A stretch of 35,931 nt of DNA, from the IMG/VR virus record IMGVR_UViG_3300029953_000013. One strand, written 5' to 3'. This DNA is from a virus. Taxonomy: Duplodnaviria > Heunggongvirae > Uroviricota > Caudoviricetes. The translations under genes and the position numbers were made by a program. The notes under the pieces were generated by a model. The model made no database searches, was not told where the DNA came from, and saw nothing but the letters and a program-made list of their open reading frames with translations. Shown here one piece after another: positions 27,444 to 34,608 of the stretch. How positions within the stretch are numbered: position 1 is the first letter of the stretch; every line of letters starts with the position of its first letter.

Positions 27444-28022
27444 ATGGATATCGTTCTTCTGAATGGTGGTGGTGTTGATTCTCTCGCCGCCGCCCTTATT
27501 TTGAAAAACAGTGGACACACCTTGCATAGCCTTCATGTGCAATTTGATTATCCAGCTTCAGCCAGTATGGTAGTTGCGGCTAAGGCAATTGCAGACGCGT
27601 ATTGCGCCGATCAGGTGGTAGTAACCGTAGCGGGGCTGGTTCCTTGGGGGATGAATGCACCAGAGGCAACACCCACAGGAAGGTATCGTTCCGTTCCCAA
27701 TCTTCAATTGGTGGTATCTGGAATAGCAGCGTCCTATGCTACTCGCAATGGGTATTCCTACATTGCCAATGGCGTGAAAAACCAGGAAGTTTGGGGCAAT
27801 GGGTTTGAACCCGCGATCTCAGCACTCATTGCCAATCACAACCATTCCCAGCTTAAACAACCTCTGCTGTTTATGCGCCCCCTCTCAGCGTTGGATGATG
27901 CGGCGGTCTACGCATTGGTGGCAGGTAATTCTGTCCTAAATCAAACTGTTTCATGCCTTTCCTCCCCTCCCTGCGGCACTTGTTTTAAGTGCCTCCTTCG
28001 TAAATCTCACAATCTCTCATAG
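27444..28022 (+). CDS. queC: QueC-family (7-cyano-7-deazaguanine synthase-like) PP-loop adenylating enzyme, divergent
   Basis: N-terminal GGGVDS PP-loop variant, VP..Q..GIAASYA...I.NG segment, RPL, and C-terminal Zn site SC-x5-CGTCFKC.LR; AGGAG RBS. Confidence 0.75.
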   Translation: MDIVLLNGGGVDSLAAALILKNSGHTLHSLHVQFDYPASASMVVAAKAIADAYCADQVVVTVAGLVPWGMNAPEATPTGRYRSVPNLQLVVSGIAASYATRNGYSYIANGVKNQEVWGNGFEPAISALIANHNHSQLKQPLLFMRPLSALDDAAVYALVAGNSVLNQTVSCLSSPPCGTCFKCLLRKSHNLS

Positions 28023-28030
28023 GATTCTTT

Positions 28031-28696
28031 GTGAAAAAATATACAATCGCCGCCCTCGCCGTCCTTGGGATGGCTCTCAGCATTCCAGTCCATGCAGAAG
28101 ATGCAAGGTGCCTTGTCAATGTATACAAGAGCAACGAGACTGGTTACGAGAACCGGATCAATGCTTTCCCCTATATCAAGGAAGGTGATCTTTGGTATTT
28201 CGGTGATCTCTCGGCGTATTCGTCCTCCAAAGAGCCGACCGTCATGGATCGCTACTCGGGGCTGTCCATGTTGGGCACCACGGCTTGGCACGGTTTCTCG
28301 GCTCGATACCAGAGCGAGGTATACGATACCAAGGCAACCATCGAAGTGAAGGGCAAGCCGAAGCTCAAGGAAACCTACTGGCGCGACAACCGAAACGGGG
28401 TCGCCTACGTGGGCGAAACAAAGCCCTTTGATGGCAAGCTGTGGGTCTGGAACGAAGCCATGGTCTTCAAGTGTGATCATGTGGACTACCGGTATGAGTA
28501 TACCGTCCGTGCCCGGTATGACCGATTCTGGCTCGACAATCAGTACTACTACGACACGACCGAAGGTAAGAAGGTCAACTACCGCGACAGGCTGATTTTC
28601 GCGTATGACCTTTCCAAGCGATTCAACGTGCAGTGGCGCAGTGAGTGGAAGTCCCATACCCGAATCAACTACGTGGGCGGGGGTATTCGCTTCTAA
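28031..28696 (+). CDS. Outer-membrane beta-barrel (porin-like) protein with Sec signal peptide
   Basis: Signal peptide MKKYTIAALAVLGMALSIPVHA, then ~11-12 amphipathic Y/W/R-rich strands and a C-terminal beta-signal NYVGGGIRF. Confidence 0.75.
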   Translation: MKKYTIAALAVLGMALSIPVHAEDARCLVNVYKSNETGYENRINAFPYIKEGDLWYFGDLSAYSSSKEPTVMDRYSGLSMLGTTAWHGFSARYQSEVYDTKATIEVKGKPKLKETYWRDNRNGVAYVGETKPFDGKLWVWNEAMVFKCDHVDYRYEYTVRARYDRFWLDNQYYYDTTEGKKVNYRDRLIFAYDLSKRFNVQWRSEWKSHTRINYVGGGIRF

Positions 28697-29331
28697 TGAA
28701 ACACTTTGATAAGTTCCATGTGCTTGTCTCGCTGTATAGCGCCCTGTTCATCTTCGCACCCATCTTGAGCGGCGGCAGGGACATCCTTCTGTGGGGCTTC
28801 CCGCTCATGCCGGGAACCCTGCTCAATTTCTTCAGCGTGTGCGTCATCACGCTTGTGCAGGACAACTACGGACCCGCTCACGCCAAGCAAATGGTTACGG
28901 GCGCGTTGATCACAAAGGTAGTCTTGTGGGGTATTGTGATGCTCACACTTCTACTTCCCGAAGCAGCCCGAACCCCAGGGTACGAAAAGGTTGTGTCCTC
29001 AGGGTTCCGGGTGGTGCTGGGTGGAGTGGTTGCTAAATACGTTGGCGGGATCGTATTCGACATCCCGGCTTTCCAGTGGATGAAGCAGCGCAAGAAGGGC
29101 TTCCACTTCGCGTTCCTGGCGGCTCTGACCCTTCATAACCTCATCGACCGTCCAATCTTCCTCATGATCGCCAAGTATGGAACTGGCGGAAAAATGTGGG
29201 ACCGATTCCTTATCCAAACCATGCTCGGCTTTGTCTTCATCCTCATCCTTACGCCGACTGTAACCATTCTCAACAAACTCCTGTTCAAGAAACAGGCTTT
29301 CATTCACCCAATCGAGGTAGCCAATGCTTAA
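28696..29331 (+). CDS. yhhQ: VUT/YhhQ-family (queuosine precursor transporter-like) inner-membrane protein, divergent
   Basis: About 6 hydrophobic helices with family landmarks G..L...(YG..AK)...R.V.G..A..VG...D...F...K...N.ID..IF..IA.YG. ATG 28696 overlaps the barrel stop (TAATG). Confidence 0.75.
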   Translation: MKHFDKFHVLVSLYSALFIFAPILSGGRDILLWGFPLMPGTLLNFFSVCVITLVQDNYGPAHAKQMVTGALITKVVLWGIVMLTLLLPEAARTPGYEKVVSSGFRVVLGGVVAKYVGGIVFDIPAFQWMKQRKKGFHFAFLAALTLHNLIDRPIFLMIAKYGTGGKMWDRFLIQTMLGFVFILILTPTVTILNKLLFKKQAFIHPIEVANA

Positions 29332-29728
29332 AGCAAAGAGCAAGCTTCAGACCTTCTTCATCCCGGATGATCGGTGGTTCACTCTTGCCCCCTACATCCA
29401 CTACCCATCACACTACACGGAAGCCGAAGCCGAACGCTTCACAACCGTCATCGCGCACGAATCCCAGCACATCAAGCAGCAGAGTGCAACCAACAAGTGG
29501 TGGTGGCTGCTGAAGTACTTTGTGGTTCCATCCTTCCGGTTGAGCCAGGAAGCCGAAGGCATCGCATGTGAACTGAATGCCCTGCCGGAAAGCGCACGGG
29601 CACAGGTGACTTCCGCCTATTGCAAGGACTTGTCTTCATCGGCTTATACCTGGGCTGCGTGGACCGAAGACGATGCCTTGGAAGCGATTCACGAAGCAGA
29701 GATCAGGCTTTTCAAGAAAACATTCTAA
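29324..29728 (+). CDS. Small zincin-like metallopeptidase-motif protein (HExxH + downstream E)
   Basis: VIAHESQHIKQQ followed by RLSQEAEG; overlaps the VUT gene end by 8 nt. Confidence 0.6.
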   Translation: MLKAKSKLQTFFIPDDRWFTLAPYIHYPSHYTEAEAERFTTVIAHESQHIKQQSATNKWWWLLKYFVVPSFRLSQEAEGIACELNALPESARAQVTSAYCKDLSSSAYTWAAWTEDDALEAIHEAEIRLFKKTF

Positions 29729-29729
29729 C

Positions 29730-29736
29730 GGTGGTA
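29730..29736 (+). promoter_or_regulatory. GGTGGTA junction motif (within GTGGT-ATTAA-ACCAC inverted repeat)
   Basis: Intergenic, 25 nt before ATG 29762 and upstream of an AAGGAG RBS. Confidence 0.5.
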
Positions 29737-29761
29737 TTAAACCACACAAGGAGAATACATC

Positions 29762-30136
29762 ATGTCAACAGCGACCTCAACCCCGGCAGTCAAGATCACC
29801 AATCATACCTGGACCAGCATCAATCTGTCCCGGTCACAGGGTAATCCCAATGATGCCGCAACCATTGCCATTGTCGGCAATCTCGCCCAGGCGGATAACG
29901 TCTACCTCGCGGATACGGCTACCAGCACCCCCTACCCCGTTCTGAACAACCAGAACCCTTCCCTGGAATACCTGGATGACGCCAAGCTGGCTGACGCTTC
30001 CATCTTCGGGGAAACCATCACTCGTGCTGATGGAACCAAGCTGACCGGTCTTCAGTACATCGATGCCGTTCTCAATGCGCATGTGGCTCCCGCCGCTGCT
30101 CCTGCTACCACAACCCCGGCTCCTGCCGCGAACTAA
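29762..30136 (+). CDS. Hypothetical protein
   Basis: Strong AAGGAG RBS, C-ending codon bias and a Pro/Ala/Thr tail. Confidence 0.7.
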   Translation: MSTATSTPAVKITNHTWTSINLSRSQGNPNDAATIAIVGNLAQADNVYLADTATSTPYPVLNNQNPSLEYLDDAKLADASIFGETITRADGTKLTGLQYIDAVLNAHVAPAAAPATTTPAPAAN

Positions 30137-30147
30137 GGGACATTCAA

Positions 30148-30417
30148 ATGTCATCCTATCTCATCGAACTGAACCCTCTCCAGCTTTCCTACCTGACCGA
30201 TCTCCTGGATCACAAGGATGCCGTAGCCGGTCCTCATGTCATGCACCACGCCGGGATTCGCACCCAGCTTGCCAGCCCTCAGGTTGCCAAGGATTTCGTG
30301 GAAAACCTGAAGGCGGCTGGCGTCACTGAGTATCTTCAGAAGCAGTCGCGTGCATCGGACGGGCAGAGTTTGCCCCCGGCAACCCCGCCTCAGGCTCCTG
30401 CGGCACTCCCTCAGTAA
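30148..30417 (+). CDS. Hypothetical protein
   Basis: AAGGGA RBS; 89 aa helical with a Pro/Ala tail; followed by a terminator. Confidence 0.65.
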   Translation: MSSYLIELNPLQLSYLTDLLDHKDAVAGPHVMHHAGIRTQLASPQVAKDFVENLKAAGVTEYLQKQSRASDGQSLPPATPPQAPAALPQ

Positions 30418-30438
30418 AACATCTTCGAGTTGCACTGC

Positions 30439-30472
30439 AACCCCGCTACTTCGGTAGTGGGGTTTTGTTTTT
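30439..30472 (+). terminator. Rho-independent terminator
   Basis: AACCCCGCTAC-TTCG-GTAGTGGGGTT stem with a C(UUCG)G tetraloop and one G-U pair, followed by TTGTTTTT. Confidence 0.9.
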
Positions 30473-30482
30473 GGAGTAAAAC

Positions 30483-33251
30483 GTGATCCAACCTTACGGG
30501 CTTGGTAATGATATGTCGCAAACCATTATCAATGGTGCGAATATTGCAACCGGGTCAGTCAATGCAGGTTCCATCAATTTGACTGGCAATGCACAGAGCG
30601 TGGTTTACGTTCTGAATGCCGCTAACGGTGGGTCTAGCTCCACAACTATTGATGGATTGTCAATCACCACAAACACGATTGGCGCATCCAAGATCATCGC
30701 CGGTTCAATCACTGCTGCAAAGCTTTCGATTGGACCGCAGTTTCAATTCATCTCCCAGGTAACGAATGGGCTTCCTCTGAATGTGAATTCGGATGGGAGC
30801 TTTTCGCGTTGGGGAAGTGGCGCTTCTCCCGCCACGATAAACCCGGCTGGCAACCCTACCGGTAATTACCTTGCGCAAGAAAACCCCACGGATGCACGCT
30901 GGTTTGCAGACCCAACCCGTTCATACCCAGCCGCGCAGAACGTCAAGGTGTACGCTGCTACCTTTGGCGGTGTCGGCGGAAGTAGTTCATCGTCTTGTGG
31001 ATTGTTTTTCAATCTTGCGAACGCCTTTGCTACAAGTGGTGGGCAGACAGGTATTCTTGTCTTCCGTACAGGCACCAGCCTTCAGATTTACGGTGTAACT
31101 GGCGTTAATGGCTACACCCAGCTTGGGACTAACTACGCAATTACGCCGAACAACACAGCGGATCGTATTCTTGTCCAGTATTACGGGAACCCGACAACCG
31201 CTGTGGGCAATGTGACTGTCACAGCCGGTGGCTCTGGATACACCCAAGGAACCCCTGTGACAGCCGTTGGCGGCACTGGCGCGGGTTTCACCGGCTACAT
31301 CAACGTGGCTGTTCCTGATGGGAACTACACAACAGGTCCGGTCGTTTCGGTGGAGATCACCAACGGCGGTTCTTACACAGTTCTTCCAACCAGCTTCACT
31401 ACCACTGGTGGCACCGGCTTTACCGCCAATACAAATACTGCCCTCAATCCTCGGATGCGGGTGTTCTTCAACGGTACAGAGATCAATCCAAGCGGCTTCA
31501 CTGATACGTTCCTGGGCACGTATGGTGGGCAGAAAGGCGGCTACTCTGGCTTCCTTCTGACGGACAGCACCGTGACGATCAACAGCATCATCATGGGCAA
31601 CCAGCCCACTCAAGTTGAGGATGGCGCGATCACGGCGCAGATGCTTAATTCGGCAAGCATCTTCACCAACCAGCTTGTGATTCAGGATGTTGTTGGCGGC
31701 ATTAACGCCAGTTCCACAACCATCAACGGCGGCAACATTGCTACCGGATCGATCACTGCTAACCATTTTGCTTCTGATTTCATCACTGGCGGCTTCATCA
31801 ACGGACAGTTCCTAAATATTTCGGGATTGCTCACCGTTGGAACCATGAATTCGGCTTTGGCGCAGAGCGGCAATTCTGTGATCAACACACTTCTTGGGAT
31901 CGGCAATGTAGTGACCGGTCCTAGCTCTGGTGTGCAATCACTTTCAAGCGCTGTCACCAATTCAAACGTTTTGAATAATATTCTCTCGAATGGGAACGTA
32001 GTAACCGGTCCTGGAACTGGAACACAGTCTCTCGCAAGCGCTGTCACAAATGCCACCGTGAACAACGCCATCTTGACAACCGGTAACGTGGTTACGGCTG
32101 GTAGCAGTGGCAGCGTTGCCCTTTCGGGCGCTCTTGCTGGGGCATTGAGCAGCAATACTGGCGCGGCTAATTCCTTCGTTGCGACATTGAACGCCTATGC
32201 GGGTCAGGGCGTTACCCAAATTTCTGGCGCGGGTCTTGCGACTGGTGCAGTAGCGGCAAACTGGCTTGCGACAAACAACGCTGTCATCGGGCAAACCCTT
32301 GCATCATATGGCTATGTTCCTTCTGCAAGTAACGGGGGTGTGCCTTCTGGATGGTGTTTGTATTCCCAAGGATACAGCGGCACGGATATCAACGGTGCGG
32401 GCACCTACGTGAACATGGAAATTGGAAACGGTGTAAACATCGCCGGTTTCAACGTTGGTTCTTTGATGCTTGCCAAGATTTACGCGCAGGACAATACAAC
32501 CGGCACGTATTACACCGTCTATGCCAATACTTCAGGCGGCAATTGGAGTTGGACCGCCCCGGTGCTTGGGCATAACTTGAGTTCACTTGTCTACAAGATT
32601 CGCATCAACATGTGCGGCGGTGGAGCCGGTGGTGGTACTGGCGCAGCATCGGGCTACGGTTACGGTGGTGGTGCTGGCGCGGCTGCATGTGTAGAACTGT
32701 TTGTCATGGGCGGAACTGTTCTAAGCGGAACTGTTGGGGGCGGTGGTGCTGGTGGGCATAACGTCACAACCGGTGCGTCTGGTGGTGCCACTACTCTCAA
32801 CGTTACCTCTTACAGCATGACCGGCATTACCATCCCAGGCACAGGCAGTTCATACGGGCTTTACCTCACTTGTGGTGGAGGTTCAGGAACTACCGGTGGT
32901 TCGGTTTCCGGGCTTTGCACCGCTAATGGTGGCGCGGCTGGCGTTTCGGTATTAGGGGTTGCTCCGGGTGGCTTCATTCGGTGGGCTGTCGGCGGCGCAG
33001 GTGGTGGAACCGCTGGTGCTGGTGGTTCCTGTAACGGTGTTCCTGGTGGAAACAGCTATGCCGGAAGCGGGGGTGGTGGGGGTGCCTCAGGGTTCGGTCC
33101 TGGCTTCAACTGCAATAGCGGTAACGGCAGCGGTGGCTCCTTCAACCCTCCCGGTAACACTGCTTCTCCTGGTGCTGGCGGTGGTGGTGGCGTCTACAAC
33201 TACACAGGCGGTAAAGGCTCTGATGGCTTCGTTTGTATTGAAATCATTTAA
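30483..33251 (+). CDS. Second tail fibre/adhesin with C-terminal glycine-rich (polyglycine II-type) domain
   Basis: GTG start with GGAG RBS. N-terminal TIINGANIATG/SITAAKL repeats resemble 21419..22780; there is a GGSGYT module. The C-terminus is CGGGAGGG...GGGAG...GG.G.DG[FV]V.IE. Confidence 0.8.
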   Translation: MIQPYGLGNDMSQTIINGANIATGSVNAGSINLTGNAQSVVYVLNAANGGSSSTTIDGLSITTNTIGASKIIAGSITAAKLSIGPQFQFISQVTNGLPLNVNSDGSFSRWGSGASPATINPAGNPTGNYLAQENPTDARWFADPTRSYPAAQNVKVYAATFGGVGGSSSSSCGLFFNLANAFATSGGQTGILVFRTGTSLQIYGVTGVNGYTQLGTNYAITPNNTADRILVQYYGNPTTAVGNVTVTAGGSGYTQGTPVTAVGGTGAGFTGYINVAVPDGNYTTGPVVSVEITNGGSYTVLPTSFTTTGGTGFTANTNTALNPRMRVFFNGTEINPSGFTDTFLGTYGGQKGGYSGFLLTDSTVTINSIIMGNQPTQVEDGAITAQMLNSASIFTNQLVIQDVVGGINASSTTINGGNIATGSITANHFASDFITGGFINGQFLNISGLLTVGTMNSALAQSGNSVINTLLGIGNVVTGPSSGVQSLSSAVTNSNVLNNILSNGNVVTGPGTGTQSLASAVTNATVNNAILTTGNVVTAGSSGSVALSGALAGALSSNTGAANSFVATLNAYAGQGVTQISGAGLATGAVAANWLATNNAVIGQTLASYGYVPSASNGGVPSGWCLYSQGYSGTDINGAGTYVNMEIGNGVNIAGFNVGSLMLAKIYAQDNTTGTYYTVYANTSGGNWSWTAPVLGHNLSSLVYKIRINMCGGGAGGGTGAASGYGYGGGAGAAACVELFVMGGTVLSGTVGGGGAGGHNVTTGASGGATTLNVTSYSMTGITIPGTGSSYGLYLTCGGGSGTTGGSVSGLCTANGGAAGVSVLGVAPGGFIRWAVGGAGGGTAGAGGSCNGVPGGNSYAGSGGGGGASGFGPGFNCNSGNGSGGSFNPPGNTASPGAGGGGGVYNYTGGKGSDGFVCIEII
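31873..32130 (+). repeat. Three ~29-aa coding repeats (N..L..GNVVT[GA].S.G.QSL.SAVTN)
   Basis: Seen in the translation of 30483..33251. Confidence 0.7.
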
Positions 33252-33257
33252 GGAAGC

Positions 33258-33674
33258 ATGATGAGCATTCGCCTTCAAAACGCCGATACAACCGATCTCC
33301 TTCTGAATATCTACCTACTGGAAGACAAGATCGAGACAAGCGCCACGACCGAAGATGACATCTACGGGGCACCGGTGGTAGTAACTAAGGAACTTCCCGC
33401 TGGAAGCACAACTTGGACCATGGGGGCTGCATACCAAACTGTGCAAACCGCCCAAGCTTGCATTGCGGCATTCCAGGCTGGATCGGCTCTTATGCTGACT
33501 GACGAATTGAACTTTGTTGAATCGGTTGTCATTACTGATTACCCAGCTATTGAGCGGGTCAAGTCAGGCGTGAACGTCCTGTATAATGTGAAGCTCACAC
33601 TCACCTTGAAGAGCGGCGGCTTTCAGCTTCCCCCGGTCCTTACAACGTCTGGACCGCGCCTTTTTGATAGGTGA
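33258..33674 (+). CDS. Second Dit-like protein (paralog of 9831..10253)
   Basis: Shares Y.T....Q..[IL]A.FQA...[VL][VM]L...L.F....TD[FY]...R[IV].S...[IV]LY.V..TL.L with 9831..10253; start 33258 or 33261. Confidence 0.6.
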   Translation: MMSIRLQNADTTDLLLNIYLLEDKIETSATTEDDIYGAPVVVTKELPAGSTTWTMGAAYQTVQTAQACIAAFQAGSALMLTDELNFVESVVITDYPAIERVKSGVNVLYNVKLTLTLKSGGFQLPPVLTTSGPRLFDR

Positions 33675-33677
33675 ATA

Positions 33678-33878
33678 ATGTTTGAAGAACAGCTTAGAAA
33701 CGCGCTTGCGACAAATGGTGAGGTTACGATCTTTACCTTGTTCGGCGTAGCTCGGGGAAAGGTTACGGAGTGCCATGATGGTGGTTGGTTCTCCTTTGAA
33801 CGCATTCCCGATGGCGCTAAGGTAAATATCTATTTCGAGGACGTTTTGCTCCTTGAAGAACATGTGACAACCCACTAA
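33678..33878 (+). CDS. Small protein with Sm/LSm-like pattern
   Basis: N-terminal helix then V.IF...G...G.V....D....F......V.IY...V..L; lacks the Hfq YKHAI motif. Confidence 0.45.
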   Translation: MFEEQLRNALATNGEVTIFTLFGVARGKVTECHDGGWFSFERIPDGAKVNIYFEDVLLLEEHVTTH

Positions 33879-33900
33879 GGGTAAGGAAAGGTATACCTCA

Positions 33901-34221
33901 ATGGACGCTCCAAAAAATAGTGAAATGGAAAGCTTTTTCCAGGACTATGATGGCGGCAAGAGTTTCGGTCGTTTGGCTGCTGGCTATCTGATCGTGGCAT
34001 CGCTTGCTTGCTTCAGCACAGCCATTCTTGTCCCAACAGCAGCAGCAACCGCCATCACCTTCATGAAGGCATTCCTGGTAGCAGCAGGTAGCTTCTTCGG
34101 CTCAAACAAGGGAACCGAAATCGCAGCCAGCTTCTCTTCCATGCTCGGCAAACGCCGATCAGATAGCGATTCTGCATCTGCCCCAGTAGCCGATGCTCCT
34201 TCTACTCCTGGTGCCGCATAA
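33901..34221 (+). CDS. Holin-like two-TM membrane protein
   Basis: FFQD.DG.KS.GRL followed by two hydrophobic helices and a polar tail; lysis-like position. Confidence 0.55.
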   Translation: MDAPKNSEMESFFQDYDGGKSFGRLAAGYLIVASLACFSTAILVPTAAATAITFMKAFLVAAGSFFGSNKGTEIAASFSSMLGKRRSDSDSASAPVADAPSTPGAA

Positions 34222-34607
34222 TGATCAATTTTGCTGACCTTGTAACTTCCTCTTACGTGATGTGGGGGATCAATGGCGCTATTGCCATCGGTCTTTGCGT
34301 CTATAACTGGGGGAACAAGAACAAGAAGAAAGCCGAATCTGAGGAAAAGGCTAATTACAACCTCAAAGTCATGGGTATTGAAAAAACCGTACAGGAGCTT
34401 AATGAAATGGTAGTGCGTCATAAGGGCGAATTGGATGCTCTTCGGTCTAAGACAGACAAGATCGAAGGCTATATGAACAAGGCGTCTGAAGACTTTGCGC
34501 GTGCCATGGAGCAGATGGAAAAGATGGCGGATCGCATGACAACCGTTGCCGACCGGATGCTTACAAAGGACGATCTGGCTCTCATTCTTCAAATTCAAGG
34601 GAAATAA
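34221..34607 (+). CDS. Single-TM coiled-coil protein (holin/antiholin-like lysis-module protein)
   Basis: N-terminal TM (YVMWGINGAIAIGLCVY), a basic stop-transfer segment, then heptad repeats; TAATG coupled. Confidence 0.5.
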   Translation: MINFADLVTSSYVMWGINGAIAIGLCVYNWGNKNKKKAESEEKANYNLKVMGIEKTVQELNEMVVRHKGELDALRSKTDKIEGYMNKASEDFARAMEQMEKMADRMTTVADRMLTKDDLALILQIQGK

Positions 34608-34608
34608 T

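Noticed and set aside
27432-27446. TAG readthrough fusing the Tyr-rich protein to the QueC-like protein (same frame, 9-nt gap)
   Set aside because: The TAG overlaps an AGGAG Shine-Dalgarno at normal spacing from ATG 27444, so independent initiation explains the layout.
29324-29728. HExxH protein as the missing endolysin
   Set aside because: No M15/M23/amidase-type motif or cell-wall-binding domain, and it is coupled to the VUT gene rather than to the holin-like genes.
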